From assembly GCA_964016885.1 (NCBI GenBank), contig OZ024743.1:375224001-375288000 (forward strand): a stretch of DNA of 64,000 bases, written 5' to 3'. A program made the translations under genes and the position numbers. This document shows, piece after piece, positions 13,150-28,953 of this stretch. The DNA comes from Eledone cirrhosa (lineage: Eukaryota). The notes under the pieces were generated by a model. It ran no database searches and was not told the DNA's origin. It saw only the letters and a list, made by a program, of their open reading frames with translations. Positions within the stretch are counted from its first letter, which is position 1; each line of letters starts with the position of its first letter.

Positions 13150-13355
13150 TGGTTGTGGTTCTGTTTGTGGTAATGGTGGTGGTAGTTGTGGTGGTTGTGT
13201 TGGTGGTGGTGGTGGTGGTGGTGGTTTTAATGGTGGTGGTGGTAGTTGTGGTGGTAGTTGTGGTTGTGGAAGTGGTGGTTGTGTTGGTGGTGTTGGTGGT
13301 GGTGGTGGTGGTGGTGGTGGTGGTGGTGGTGGTGGTGGTGGTGGTGGTGGTAGTT
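13150..13355 (+). repeat. (GGT)n microsatellite
   Basis: Degenerate GGT/TGT triplet run; explains the poly-G and poly-V ORFs. Confidence 0.95.
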
Positions 13356-13651
13356 GAGCTTTTGGGAGTGATGGAGCTATGGAATATATCGTGGTATTTG
13401 TTTAAATCCCAACTTATCTACTCTGGTCCTGTACGTTCTTAGATTCTGACGGTGGCCATTGCGGAGAAGTTTGTGCCCGAGGGTGGCATTATCTGTTTTT
13501 CTACACTTATGATTGGTCGTGTGAGTCTCGGGACAATATGTGAAGACAGTTAAGATATTGATGTCACAGTTATTGTTATAGAGTTTGTGTCCCAGGATAA
13601 TATTTGGAGCCATTAACATTTTTGATGTTCCATTTATTGCTAGTGGTGTGT

Positions 13652-13693
<42 letters not shown>

Positions 13694-13719
13694 GCGTGTG
13701 CGTGTGTGTGTGTGTGTGT

Positions 13720-13940
13720 CAGGACAATATTTGGTGACGGGCAGATATTGTTGGTTGTCTCAGGATAGTATTTGGTGACAGACATTGTTGGTGTGTGTCC
13801 CAGGATAGTATTTGGTGACAGATATGGTTGATGTGTGTCCCAGGATAGTATTTGGTGACAGATATTGTTGGTGTGTGTCCCAGGATAGTATTTAGTGATA
13901 GTTATTGTTGGTGTGTGTGTCCCAGGATAGTATTTGGTGA
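13720..13940 (+). repeat. About 40-bp tandem repeat
   Basis: CAGGATAGTATTTGGTGACAGATATTGTTGGTGTGTGTCC repeated 5-6 times. Confidence 0.9.
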
Positions 13941-15207
13941 GAACGAAGCTATTGGTATCACAGTTATTTCTGTGATGGTGTAGGAAACATGTCTATTAGC
14001 TATAAAGACCAAGCTCGCAACAATCCACGTTATCTATAATGACCAAACAATGTAGATCAACTAATACTTTTGGAATTATTTCCCTTACATTTTGTTTCAA
14101 AATTTTAACCGCGTCTAGCGAACTTTCCCCGTCTCCTTGTTAATTCCTTTGAACATCTCAAACGTTTGCTGCTATATTTGGCGTTACATAAGCAGCGCAA
14201 CTGGTTAACTGCCTAAATCATCTCTCAGTCTCGCCAACAGACGAGAATAGGTCTTACTGATGAGACAAATATTACCGAAACGTACCCATTCCTTTCACGT
14301 AGTGGCTTTATAAACCAGATTCACTCCAATCTCTCTGGCTTGTATTGTCCGAAACTTTCGGCCAACTAAGTTATTTTCTTTGTGTAGTTTTAGATTTTAA
14401 ACAACGCTACGAGTTTTGTTTATTAATTCCTCGGAAAATGTTAGTTAATTGAGGTTTTAAATTAACTATATATTTAAGATGTGGCACATTGCATTGAAGT
14501 ATGTTTAGGATATATGGCCTTATAATGTATATTTGTTTGGGTCTTTCAGAGTGTTTATTATGAAGTGTCAGAGAGTTTAGGGCTTGAAGCCCTAAAAACA
14601 AACTGTAAAAACAAACTGGAACTTTCGCACGTCTAAGCGATCTCTCATTTTTTGTCCATTTTCTTGTTTCGCTGCGTAAGATGTTTTTTTTTTGTGTGGC
14701 TTTCAAACAAACCGTTATCGACGTCTCTATTGTTCCGTTTCTTAGAACTATGTCCTTTGTTCTGTTGCGTTTACGTATCCATATGTATAATTCCCAAGCT
14801 ACGTTTGAAACTAGATTTCAGCACTGTTGACACCGACAGATGGATGTGGTTTATGTAGAAAAGAACCGAAGCCATACTGAAACTCATCTAATAGCTACCG
14901 ATTCTTTCTAGTTTATGACGCTTTTGTTTGTTATCATCTATCAGTTTTCCAGAGTCCCTGTGTGTATTTCACCGTCTTTGTGCTATTTTTTTAAATATTC
15001 AATATTTACTTATTTGATTAATGCTATCCAACGTTATACTGTTATACACACACATACACACACACAAACATATATATATATATATATATATACATACATA
15101 CATATATATTATGTGCGTGTGGTGGTGGGGGTTTATGTGTATGTAAACATACGCACGTACACACATATGCATGCACATACATACATACACACACATATAT
15201 ATATATG

Positions 15208-15256
<49 letters not shown>

Positions 15257-15551
15257 ATATATATATATAGCACACTCGTTCTCGAAGTCACGTTTAGGTG
15301 TGATTTATTACGTACGTTCCTTTGAAATGTTTAAAATACAAAAGTCGACCGGAAGTACAAACCAATATGTTTAGCATAGAATGAAGATCAACGGATTCCT
15401 ACGTATTCAGGGAATGTATGTATGTGTATGAGTATTTGTATGTGTGTATGTGTGTGATTGTGTGTGTGTGTGTGTGTGTGCTGCCTGTGTGTGTATGCGT
15501 TTTTATGTGAGTGAATGTATTTGTATGTGTGTTTCTGTGTGTGCACGCGTA

Positions 15552-15714
<163 letters not shown>

Positions 15715-15857
15715 GGAGAGAGAGAGAGAGAAGTGCTTACACAACAGTTAGTTCACCATACCGAGAACAATTGTTTCACCTTTTGTAACCACTCCTACCA
15801 AACTCGTCCCATGGACTGAGTGCTCTACTACTACAGGTATTACCTTCCAGTGTACTA

Positions 15858-15965
<108 letters not shown>

Positions 15966-16349
15966 AAGTGTTAAAACGATCAAATTTTAGTTTAGAATAT
16001 TTATTAGCTGACAAATGTTTCTTCCAGGGGGAAGTCTGGGATCATCGGAGCATAAGGAATGTCGAGAACGTGTAACTAGAATCCTAGTCATTTAGAACAT
16101 TTAGGGTACATAGTTGTTATTAGTGTCAAAGGCATGATGTGGATATTCAAGAGTTACAAAGATTTTCCGCTTGAAATAACACAATTACAGGCAGCACCGG
16201 TTGGAAGTGTAATAGGTATAAGTAAAAGTAAAAAGCACAAGCAAAAAAAAAACACAAGAAAAAAAATATATAAATGAAGAATTAGAAATAGAAGCCAGGT
16301 CTATTCGTCATCATCAGTGGTCTACTATCCATCATAGGTATTTCTTCGC

Positions 16350-16385
<36 letters not shown>

Positions 16386-16953
16386 AAAGGTAAACAGAAA
16401 TAATAATACTATACATATATATATATATTTGTATGTGTGTGTGTGTATGTACGTGCATGGATATATATATGTGGGTGTGTTTGAATGTGCATGTGTGTGT
16501 GTTTGTATGTGTATTTCTGTGTATAAGTGTGTGCATGTGTAGGAATATGTGTGTGTGAGTGAGTGTGTGTGTGTGTGTATTTCTGTGTATGCTTGTGCAT
16601 GCATATTATATATATGTGTGTGTGTCTGTGAGTGAGTGCGTATTTGTGTGTGAGTATGTGTCCATGTGAGAGACCAAGAGCGTGTTTACTAATATATGCA
16701 GCTATACACATCGATGTTTCAATGTTTCTAGATGTGTTCCTGTTTGTATATTACTACAGTATATTTTATATAGAGTTTGTATTAACCTTTCATAAACTGT
16801 TCATTGAAAAGCGCAAGGGTTGTAGCATCTACCTCTCGGCATTGATCCCTCATCTTGTACTGAACTCTGTTAATGCAACCAGGGAGTATCTCGATTCCTT
16901 TGACATTAACTATAAAATATATATGTATACAAACATAGTATATGTATACAAAC

Positions 16954-17013
<60 letters not shown>

Positions 17014-17015
<2 letters not shown>

Positions 17016-17640
17016 AGCCGAATTACACGTGCCTTGCTGCGTTTCACACATTTTTTTTTTTTTTTTGTAAGAAAAGGATGATTGATTTTAAATCAGTGAT
17101 ACAATTTAAGGAGAAAAACTCCGCATTTCAATATTACTCAATGTAAAATGTAATGCATGAAAAGTTAGAAAACATTATTTTTTGTAATATATCAAATCAA
17201 AATTACATTATTAAATCTTATTCTTATTTTGTTTCTTGTAAATAATTTTTTTTAAAATATCAATTCAAAACTTGATCATTTCATTTTTGTGTAAAGCATT
17301 ATTTTATTTGGGCTTCCGAAATGTTCACTATATGGGGGTTTAACCCCCATTAGAATGTCTTAATATTATTAAAATGTGCTGAAATTTTGTGAATAGGCGT
17401 AATATCTTGTCATTTACCTATGGTTTAAATTTCATATAAATCGAAGGGAAAACATTATCAGCGGGGGTTTGTGCCCCCGGGGAACCCTTTGATTAAAATG
17501 AAATATACTTATCGAAGTATCCTGGGCAATGTAATTTCAGAATATATATGTTTATGGGGGGGTCTATCTCCCAAACCATAGGTGGAGTTCGTGAACAAAC
17601 AAACAAACAAACAGACAGGAACTACAACTTTATATATATA
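17014..17640 (-). mobile_element. Non-autonomous Helitron-like element
   Basis: Minus 5' end TATATATAAAGTTGTAGTTCCTGTCTGTTTGTTTGTTTG. 3' end ACGCAGCAAGGCACGT hairpin then CTAT (degenerate CTAG). Confidence 0.55.
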
Positions 17641-17670
17641 TCATGTTTGTATCTTTTATAGTTAATTATA

Positions 17671-17702
<32 letters not shown>

Positions 17703-17707
<5 letters not shown>

Positions 17708-18440
17708 CTCTAAAACTTTTATTTATACATATTCTAAGTAATATAGAAGAATAAAAGAAATAACAAATTACTTAAAGATAACAAATTAATACTAACTTGA
17801 AGGTATACTACTGGAAAAAACCGAGATAGAGGAAATGGCTAATGTAATAATATAATAATAATACAAATGTAATAGAATAGAATAAATAAATGGCTAAATG
17901 TGATGGAGTAGTTATAATAAATTGTAATCAAATACGAGTAGAAGTGATCAGAATAGGGATGTAAGCATATAATGATATTAATATTACTAAAAAATATATA
18001 GATAAATCTACATTGGTATAAATTAGTTACTAGGTTTAAAGTAATGAAAAGAATGGTGATTGATATGTTGACAAGTGGAAAAAATCTCAGATCTCCTATT
18101 TAAAAAAATTAATTTAGAGAAGATAATATGGGATTCAAGAAGGCAATCGTTACAGAAATTATTGCTTTTGCAATCACATTCCAGGTTAGGGTGTAAGGTG
18201 TATTATTACACTTCAGAAATGATACGAAATTTAATAAAGGGGTTGCATGTTTAAGCTTAGAGTTTTTAAAAGTATTCATATTGGGAATTGTACCTCGTCT
18301 TGAAATTATTCGATGTAGAACCGATATAGGTTTTGGAGTTGGTAGAAGTTATGATAGTGCAGGAATAAATAATATTCTTAACAAGGCAGTTTCCATTAAG
18401 AGGGCATACATTATTAGGCCTACAATTACAATTATATATA
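17703..18440 (-). pseudogene. Penelope-like element GIY-YIG fragment plus probable 3' UTR
   Basis: CNCRPNNVCPLNGNCLVKNIIYSC...TYIGSTSNNFKTRYNS, homologous to the C-terminus of ORF 26307-27893. Disrupted downstream. Confidence 0.8.
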
Positions 18441-18642
18441 TTGATGATTAAGTGGTTTTTGAGGATAAAAGTGTGAAAAATCATTAGTTACACGTATTAT
18501 AAAGTATTTCGGTTCTGTATTATATTTGTTATTTTACATTGAACTATACTCATACTTGTAATTGGATAATATTTAATATTACCCACATTTTTATATATAT
18601 ATGTATATATTACATATATGTATATATATATATTAATACAAT

Positions 18643-18711
<69 letters not shown>

Positions 18712-18847
18712 CAGACATACAACATTTACTTGACTTTTCTTTGTAGCCCAGAGACATTAACTAAATAAATAATCAATTAATCTGAGTTAAATGTAAATTA
18801 TAAGTATGAAGAAAAATAGAGAAATGTATACCGAATAATTCTTCTTC

Positions 18848-18944
18848 GTCCCGACTGCTGGCAGTTTCGCTTGTGCTGGGTAGGAAACGTGCTAGATCGT
18901 TGCACTTACACCTTCTCCATGAGGCTCAAAGCTTTTCAAGGGAC
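18848..18944 (-). ncRNA. Type I hammerhead ribozyme, U3-A8 core variant (family C)
   Basis: Minus strand reads GTCCC-TTGAAAA-GC(T)TTGAGC...GCACAA-GC-GAAA-CTGCCAGCAG-TC-GGGAC. Confidence 0.75.
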
Positions 18945-18963
18945 TCCCTTAATTAGGACTAAC

Positions 18964-19049
<86 letters not shown>

Positions 19050-19060
19050 TATATATATAT

Positions 19061-19112
<52 letters not shown>

Positions 19113-19114
19113 GT

Positions 19115-19161
<47 letters not shown>

Positions 19162-19196
19162 CTGTATATATATATAGATGTATATATATATATATA

Positions 19197-19512
<316 letters not shown>

Positions 19513-19772
19513 CATATAATATATTTCAGGTCTCTTCCCGACTGAGCAGTTTCAGTTTTCTTTTTTCACACCTACGGATATTACTATATATATACATATA
19601 TCGAATCGATCGACAAAACTCCAGACCTCGCTTTCCATTGCTGATAGTGTGTATATATATATATATATATTTATTTATATGTATATGCATATATGTGTGT
19701 GTATGCATGGATATATATATATATACATATATACATATATACATATATATATGGATACATATAAACACATAT

Positions 19773-19822
<50 letters not shown>

Positions 19823-20615
19823 GTTGTGTGTGTGTGTCTTTGTGTGTGTGTGTATATGCGCGTGTGTGTGCAGGTGTAACCACACCAACCTTGACACAAC
19901 TCTTCTAGCTTGTTACTTACTGGAAGTTGGCTGTTTGCTTCCTACAATGGTAGGAGGATGTAGTCTTCAGAGTCTTGTAATGGTAGGAGTCTACAATGGT
20001 AGGAGGATGTAGTCTTCAGAGAAGCCTACAAATTGCCAACCACTTTCTTGGTGGTGCAGGATACCAGAACGCTCCAAAATTTATTTTCTTCTAATGATGT
20101 GCCATAAAGCATCCTATAATCTTTAAAGACATAATTCTGTACAATTTCACACACACACACAGCTTGGGTTGACCCGGGGTTATGACAAAAGACACTTCCT
20201 GGATATAACAAGAACTTTACTGGCGAACCTTACACTTTATGATGGCGAATCAAATTGCTAATCGTTCGGCCAACTGTGTCCCCTTCAGACATATTAGCTA
20301 GTGAAACATAGGTAAAGTATCATAAATTGGGTGGTGGGTGATGGTGTGGTGGGGTAGGGGTGCTGTTGTAAAGAACTCCATTATTCTATGGAGATTTTCC
20401 AACTGAATCGACCATCTCGATTCTGAAGAATTCAAACAGAATTCTTCTCTGCTGAGATTCTAGAAATTAATTAACCGTTATTTATTGCTACTTTTCATTT
20501 GGACAAGGGCACACGCTGCACATAAACACAGACAGACTAAATAATATTATATTCAAATGGCTACTAAAATACACACACTGAACCAATAATATGCGTTCAT
20601 ATTTCTACATATAAG

Positions 20616-20775
20616 GGCGGTGAGATGGCAGTATCGGTAGAGCGACGGATAACCAGCTTTGCGATAAATAGTTACGTTCCTTTAGGGATCGATAAAATAA
20701 TGTACCAGTAATGCACTGGGGACGAATTAACTATCCCCAGAAGTGTTGGCTTTGTACCTAAATCAGAAACCATTG
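20616..20775 (+). mobile_element. SINE family S1, internally deleted
   Basis: GGCGGTGAGATGGCAGTATCGGTAGAG...GATCGATAAAAT...tail. Confidence 0.75.
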
Positions 20776-22884
20776 CTAAACTGGTTTGAACTAGAAGGTT
20801 ATTTTCTAGGCTGGGATGAAACCAAATTACATAACCGGTTATATAACGAGGCTGGTTCACCAAAGCGTATTCATACGCGGTGATAAAATTCGCTTTGTTG
20901 TATCCAGTGTGAAAAAAAATACGTATCATTTCCTTCATTTTCATTTTTTTTTTTTTTAGGGTGAAGGAATGTTTCTTTTATTTTCATATATATTTACCTT
21001 GGTGTTCTGAAAATAAACTAATTTCGTATTTTGTTTGAGTCTTTCAGCATTTCTTAATTACATTTGCCTCTACAAGAACAAGGATTTATTTTTTAACACA
21101 CAACATTCTCATTGAATATTCAGTTTTACACGGATCTTTGACGTTGACACTGTAATGACATCTCTGTCTCTTTTATTTCTTCATTTTTAGTCGTTATCTA
21201 ATGTACTCCCAGTGGGTTAGTTGGGTGTAGCTGAATGTGTAGTTCTGGCATTCTGAGATATGATGAAACAATAATGAGATAGGCTAGAGACAGGGGAGAG
21301 CTAGGGGAGGGACGAAGAGACGATGTAGAAGAGAGAAAGCAGGTAACTGACATCTTATCTTACCAAGATTGCTGTTATTAACAGAAATATAGAGATGGGT
21401 AGGTTCTAGACATATTTACATGTCGATTCTGTTTCTCACACATCCACAGTCAGTAATACCCAACAACAACAAAAATATGCACCTTGAAACCTAATTCCTC
21501 ACACCTTCTGCCCAGAATAATACTTTGCCTGCAACAACACTTCAATATACAATTAACAATCCAATGGGAGCCAATGGGAGAAATACTAGTTAATGAGGTA
21601 AATATCTGTACGCCCTCGACATTCTAGACATAGTAGTCAAATCTTCCCCAAATATGACCCTCTCCTCTTAAAAACAAGGACACAGCACACACACACTTGA
21701 TAAAACAACAATAGGGTGTTATATTCAGTGTATTTTCACTAATAGATTACCAACAAATTACAACGTCTAACAGTCTTATTGGTTATTCAATGTGAGATTA
21801 GTTGAATCGGTAGCGCATCCACGTGTAAAATTTTGTGACATTTATCTATCCTCTTTTATGTTCTGGAGTTCATTCTTTCGCAATCGATAACGTAAAGTAC
21901 CAATCATGTACAGACATCGATTTAATCATACACACACTCACCCCAAAAATTGATAGTGTAGTTCTTAATATATTGCATCAGAGAAAAGCATGGTATGGCC
22001 ACGATGGGAACGCTTTGATCATCTATATGATCTATCACAACTGTCTTGGGGCTAAACAAAATCAACAACAACAATGTGGTTTTGTTTCTTCGAGTATGTA
22101 ACTAGCTCCGTATGTAGGTATCACACTCGCTACGTAGGTCTCTCTCTCTCTTTCTCTCCTTCTCTTCCCCTCTCTCCCTCTCCCCCTCTTTCTCCCCTTC
22201 TCTTCCCCTCTCCCCCTCTCCCCCTCTTTCTCCCCCTCCCTCTCTTTCCTCTACTCGGCCTCTGTCTCTCTCCTAATACGATTCATTCTAATCGTTTTAT
22301 GAATTTCTCTGAGAGACAAACGAATTCTTAGAAGAGGAAACAGAACTAGTCCTGTAAAAGTCATTGTTTAAATTATTCATGAATATATTCATTCAATCTC
22401 AGATCCACCTCGTGATCCCACCGTTTTCTATGATAGCCAAAGCTTGAGCAGCAGTAACTTGTGAATGCAATTTGTTAGACGGAAACTACGCAAAGCCTGC
22501 CATGTCTGTATATGCGTGTGTGTGTGTGCGTCTGGGTGTGTGTGTGTGTCTGTGTGTGTGTGTGTATGTGGGTGTGTATCAGTGTATGTGTGCGTATGTG
22601 TGTGTGTCTGCCTGTGTCTGTGTATGTGTGTGTGTGTAAGTGTGTAAGTATGTATGTGTGTCTGCGTGTGTGTGTGTAAGTGTGTAAGTATATATGTGTA
22701 TGTATGTGTGTGTGTATGTGTGTATATATGTGTGTAAGGTCTGAAGCATGCCATCTTCCAATCGATGTTGACTTGAGTCTTGTTCGATGTTGATGACGTC
22801 ATGACTGGTGCCTTGTCAAGCCGCCATTGATCCTTCTTCACCGTGTACTAGCTTGGCACATGACACACACACAACTTCCCCCCA

Positions 22885-22947
22885 CATATATATATATATA
22901 CATACATACATACATATATATATACATATATATATACATATATATAT

Positions 22948-22981
<34 letters not shown>

Positions 22982-23259
22982 CCATATATATCCATACATA
23001 CATATATATATACACATACATACATATATATATATATATATACATACATATATATATATATACATACATATATATATACATACATATATATATATATACA
23101 TATATATATACATACATATATATATATACATACATACATACATACATATATATATATAAACATATATATATATAAACATATATATATATATACATATATA
23201 TATATACATATATATACATATATATGTATACATATATATATATACATATATATATATAC

Positions 23260-23298
<39 letters not shown>

Positions 23299-23429
23299 AA
23301 CATATATATATATATACATATATATATATACATATATATACATATATATATATATACATATATATATATACATATATATATACATATATATATATACACA
23401 TATATATATATATATACATATATATATAC

Positions 23430-23472
<43 letters not shown>

Positions 23473-23594
23473 GATATATATATATATATATATACATATA
23501 TATATACATATATATATATGTATACACACATATATATATATATATATACATATATATATACATATATATACATATATATATATGTATACACACA

Positions 23595-23626
<32 letters not shown>

Positions 23627-23655
23627 CATATATAATTATATATAAACATATATAT

Positions 23656-23702
<47 letters not shown>

Positions 23703-23725
23703 TAATTATATATATATACATATAT
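22885..23725. repeat. Long (TA)n/(TACA) compound microsatellite
   Basis: About 840 bp of TA interrupted by CA; source of the YI-repeat ORFs. Confidence 0.95.
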
Positions 23726-23922
23726 GTGGATATACATACATTCACAAACACATACATATATGTGCATATGGATATATAATTGCGTGTGGGTCTATGTATA
23801 TATATATAGAGAGAGAGGGGGGGGGAGAGAGAGAGAGATACCTGGTCGGGTCGTCGGCGAGGAGACATATATATATATATATATATATACATGCATATAT
23901 ATATGTGTGCGTATATATAAAG

Positions 23923-23962
<40 letters not shown>

Positions 23963-24938
23963 GGAGAGAGAGGGAGAGAGATGGAGGGGGGAGGGGAAAA
24001 GGAGAGAGAGAGAAGGGGACCCTGGAGATAAGGTTATTTTCGAAAATAATTAGCCCATAACAAGGAACTTACTTTCCAAACACACAAAAGACCTCATCTA
24101 CTTTATATTTACATACTTGTTCGGATAGAATATAATTCATTGCATTTATTTAAATTGCTGTAACAAAGATAATCGCTAAATGTATAAAACTAAATTGCTC
24201 CTTGCTGGAATCGTCATATTTCTGTTTTTATTTTATAGATACGAGTATATTTTACCAAAATCAATAGATAGTTAGCGTCACTTGTCCAGCTACATTTTTT
24301 TTTTTTTTTATTATGATAATTATTATTAGTATTATTATTATTCCTATTATTTTACATTATTTGTCCTTTTCGTTATTCTAGAGTTGTTTTTTGTTTTTGT
24401 TTTTTGTTATCTAGTTGAACGCTATATGTATAGTTTCATGAATTGGATGCCGCTGTTAGAAGGAGTTTGTGATGACGTTGAGATCGGCTATCAAGTTTAT
24501 TTACATCGAAGCAGTAAAATATCTTGAAACTTGACTCAATGAAATTTTTCGCCGGATTTCTCACACAGTTAGTTCATCGTTGAGACACGTGTATGTAATG
24601 TAGATATTTGTCGGTGTGTACTTGTCTGTTTGAACATGTGTGTGCGCGTGCGTGCAGTTTCTTCACTTCCTCTCTTTTTCTCCCCTTCTCCCTCTCACTC
24701 CTTCTCTCTTTCCTATTCGCTCTCCGTCTCCCAATTTCTCCCCATCTCCCTCTCCCCCTTTCCCTTTCTTTCGTTGCTTGATTCTTCGTTCCTTTACTTT
24801 TTCTCCTTTTCATTTTCTTACTTTTCTGTTCTCTTTAATAGTGTTGTTTTTTGTTTTGTTTTGTTTTTGTTTTTTTTTCTTCGATTCAGCTCAATATATA
24901 ATTAGTAGATGAATAAAATACTCTTAATAAATAGAGAA

Positions 24939-25126
24939 ATAATTGTTTCTACTTTTGGCACAAGGCCAGCAATTACCCAGTGCATTTCTGGTACTTTATT
25001 TTATCGACCCCGTAAGGATGAAAGGCAAAGTTAACCTCGGCGGGATTTGAACTCAGAATGGCAAGGGCCGTATCTCTATGCGTCAAAGAATGGCGTCCGA
25101 CCCTCTACCGATACTGCCAATCCACC
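24939..25126 (-). mobile_element. SINE family S1, full length
   Basis: Reverse complement of 9535-9726. Confidence 0.9.
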
Positions 25127-25848
25127 TAAATAGAGAAATAATGAATGAAAGTGAGAGTATTAACATGAGAGTAAGTGGTTAGAGTAAGAGGTTAGAGTAA
25201 GAGGTTAGCTGTATGATTGTTTAAGCTGTGTAAGACAGAGAAACAGTCTCCATACTTGTTGATAAAGATGGAAATCAAGGATATTTTTTATGGAAATCGC
25301 ATTTTCTATGAATATTGTGATAAAATGGACTTCTGGAATAATGATAATTGCATGGAAATCTCCCCATGCTTTGTAGTCCTTTCTAATGTTGCTTTCTTTT
25401 TCTGTATATTTGACCAATTTATAGTTATATCAACAATAAATCTTCGCTATCTAATATTAAAAAAATATATAAACAAATACGAGTTTTAATTTTAAAAAAA
25501 AGATGGTTAATATGATGTAGAATGGTGGACTGGCAGAATTGGTAGAGCGTCATATAAAATGCCATTGTGCTATTTGTTTTGACTCATCACATTCTGAGTT
25601 CAATTTTCTCCTTAAAAATTGCTGACTATGTGACTAAATTAGAATGGACCTCCGTCGGTTTCGATGACCAGTGTTCCAGTTGTTCCTGCTCATGAAATTA
25701 ATGTGTAAGTGGCTGAGCATTCCAAAGACATTGTATCCTGAAAGTAATTACACACAGTGGGATCGAACTTGTGACGTTTGATTGCGATGCGAACTCCTTA
25801 ACCACTTGGCTATGCTACGTCCACACTGCCTAAATTAGAAACCATGGC

Positions 25849-26030
25849 TTAGCAGTATCGGTAGAGGGTCGGACGCCATGCTTTCCAGCATAGTTACGTC
25901 CCTTAACAATCTGAGTTCAAATCCCGCCGAGGTTGACTTTGCCTTTCATCCTTACGGGGTCGATAAAATAAAATACCAGTAATGCACTGGGTAATTGCTG
26001 GCCTTGTGCTAAAAGTAGAAACAATTATTA
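25849..26030 (+). mobile_element. SINE family S1
   Basis: B box, central domain and tail as above. Confidence 0.9.
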
Positions 26031-26306
26031 AGGGTGATTGAAGGGGGTAGATTGGCAGTATTGGTAAAGAGTCGGACAACATGCAAAGAATCGCTGCTTT
26101 CACCCTTAACGGGATCTTCTGAAATTAAAAAAAAATCAATCTGTGAACGCAGAAGTAAATATTTCGAAAAACGTTACACGCACTATATATATATATATAT
26201 GTAGGAGGTGAGTTTTATTGTAGTACAATAAAGCAATGCAGATATCGGATAAGAAGCACTCTACAGTTTGTAGGACTGGAGTATACATAATATATAAGAT
26301 CAAAAG

Positions 26307-28042
26307 ATGGTTAAAAGAGTTCGTTCTAATTGCTCTTCTTTGAACTTAAATTTATGGTTTGGTACTTCTGAAGTAATTGGCTGGTTCAACAAATTGAATA
26401 ATAAAAACAAACTAAAATTTGTTCAATTTGATATTGCCAGCTACTATTCTTCTATTTCGCCTTCACTTCTCAACAATGCTCTATCTTTCGCATTTAAATA
26501 TTCTGACATCACCACAGATGAACTTCACATCATTCTCACCGCACGTAAAACCATCCTTGAGTTCAACAATGAATATTGGACCAGAGCTGATACCTCTAAC
26601 AACTTCGACATCACAATGGGAGCATCTGATTCATCCCAATTGACAGATTTAATTGGTATCTTTATTTTGAACTCTTTGAGTCGGAAAATTCCTCAATTTC
26701 GCGGTGGAATTTATCGTAATGATGGACTCTTTACTATCTTAAATTGCAACATAGTTAACCTCAATATTATTAAGAACAATATACGTAATCTCTTTAACCA
26801 ACATAACCTAAAAATTGAATTTGATAACAGCATCAAACTAGCTAATTTCTTGGATGTATCTCTTAATCTTGACACTGGCCTATATTACCCTTACCATAAA
26901 AACAATGAGAACCTAAATTATGTTAATTTTAAATCTAACCACCCTACTAATATTAAGAATGCTATAGTTAGTAATATTGGAAAAAGAATATCTAACTTAT
27001 CTTCTAATAAAAATATCTTTGATGCTAACGCTAATTACTATAATAACGCACTTTCTAAAGCGGGCTATCCTGATAAAATCAAATATAGTAAAGAAACAAA
27101 TTCTAGAAAATCTTACAGTAGAATAATTAATCATGATCATTCCAATAACTTTAATAAAAGACCTAGATACAAAAACATAATCTGGTATAATGCTCCTTTC
27201 TCCATCTCTATTAATAATAATATTCCTAAATTATTCTTTAGTGCCTTAAATAAATGCTTCCCTCTCTCACATATCTATAGTAAAATATTTAACAAATACA
27301 CTATAAAATTTTCCTATTCGACATCCTCCAACATTTCCAACATTATCTCTAAATACAACAATAAAATACTAAATACTAAATCTCTTCCTTCCAACACTGA
27401 ATATCATAATAATAGTAATAGTACTCCCGATGTCATTGTAAACTCTAGGCTAATTTCTGCAAACCCAAATACAACGTCAAACACAACTTCGCTAAATGTT
27501 CTTAATCCCATTCTAAATCAAGAAACTATTATTCCTATCGCAAATAACTTCTCCAATCCAATTCCTTCTATAGATAACACTAGGTCACTCGTTAATAATC
27601 TCTCTAATCGCAATTGCAATTGCCCTGCTAAAAATAAATGTCCTCTCAACAACCATTGTCTTGATAAAAACTTAATCTACGAATGTAAAGTTATAACTGA
27701 CACCAATTCCTTCACCTATTTTGGCTCCACTTCCACCTCCTTTAAAGCTCGTCTTTATAATCATCATTCGTCTTTTAAATACCAACTTAAAAGAACCAAC
27801 ACGGCTCTCTCAAAACTCATATGGTCCTTGAAAGACAAAAATATTAAATATAACATCTCTTGGAAAAAGGTTTCTTCTGCTTCTCTATCTTGAACAGTTC
27901 TCTATCCAAGACTTGCAATCTCTGTCTAAATGAAAAATTTACCATTATATCTAATTTAGATTCTATAATAAATAGACGCACTGACTTGTTTTCTCTCTGC
28001 TTGCATAAATTCCACAGAACATTCCATAAAGTATACAGCTAA
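26307..28042 (+). pseudogene. PLE reverse transcriptase / GIY-YIG endonuclease ORF (truncated, frameshifted)
   Basis: FDIASYYSSI, MGASDSSQL, IYRNDGL (YRDD motif changed to YRND), FLDVSL, YVNFKSNHP, CNCPAKNKCPLNNHC, LIY..YFGST..R..H. After a frameshift at about 27890: CNLCLNEK...CLH. Confidence 0.9.
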
Positions 28043-28953
28043 TATCCTAAACTTTATCAATTCAGAATCCTTTTCTCAAAGGCACACATATATATATATA
28101 TACTTCTTTAAAAATATACCCACCTTTCTACCTTATTTCAAAGTTATTTATTATACATTATATAATACTTGTTACTCATTCTATATCACTCCTATTTATC
28201 ACTTCCCTTTCTTCCTTTTTCTTTTCTTTTCTTTTCTTTTCTTTTTCTTTTAATTTCTAACCCCTAATCTGTACCTTTTCTCACTGTGCCTAACATAGAA
28301 ACAATTATTACACAATACAATATATTCTTACTTTATATCACCTTGAAAAAATCCTTCGTAAACATAAACATTTTTTTTTGACGTTGATTATTCATCCTCT
28401 ATTCATTATTTTTTTCTCACTTTCATCTAACTTATTCATGCTCATCTCACAATATATCCTTACTTACATTACTTTTGTTTTTTTTAATAATACATATCAA
28501 CATTTTCTTTCCATCGCACATATTATTAAACCCTTAAATATTATTCTTAATACATATTAACATTTTCTTTTCATCGCACATATTATTAAACCCTTCAATA
28601 TACAAACCTTAACTTTACATTATTTTTCTCTTCGTTAATTTTCAAATTCTTTTAATTTATACATTATCTTCCAACGGTTTTTCAACCTCTCTATGTAAAA
28701 CAATATATCTTTCTCAGTTATAAAAGCTATCTCTCTCTATCACCCATCTCTCCTCCTATCTCATCCTTCCTCATTATACTCCTCCCCCTCCACTTTTTAC
28801 TCTCATCTCCTCCTCTTTTTCATCCTTTCCAACCCCCCCCCCCTCAAACATTTTTTTTACCCAATATCACACATCAATCTAAAACTACTTTTCATATGTT
28901 GATTTAAAACTGCACTATCCACAAGTGTTTTTAACCTTCATATCATGTCTTCC

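Noticed and set aside
13136-13357. Gly/Cys-rich ORF resembling a structural protein
   Set aside because: Fully explained by a degenerate (GGT)n tract; no splice or signal-peptide support.
14250-14290. CTGATGAG...CGAAACGTA hammerhead candidate
   Set aside because: Stem II is poor and there is no stem I partner.
16280-16325. Minus CTGATGA plus stem II with C.C mismatch
   Set aside because: GAAA and stem III are absent; at best a truncated half ribozyme.
19535-19553. Minus GAAA-CTGCTCAG-TC-GGGAA, similar to the family C 3' half
   Set aside because: The 5' core is missing, so it is not counted as a complete HHR.
22808-24060. Long ORFs of 160-358 aa (YI, CV, HT, RE repeats), also at 7.9-8.5 kb and 47.6-48.3 kb
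   Set aside because: Dinucleotide microsatellites lack stop codons; there is no real protein signal.
20820-25400. Possible minus-strand host exons (about 20830-21007, 24073-24222, 25255-25401) with AG/GT-like boundaries
   Set aside because: No recognisable protein, in-frame stops in some frames, and no way to verify without RNA-seq or homology.
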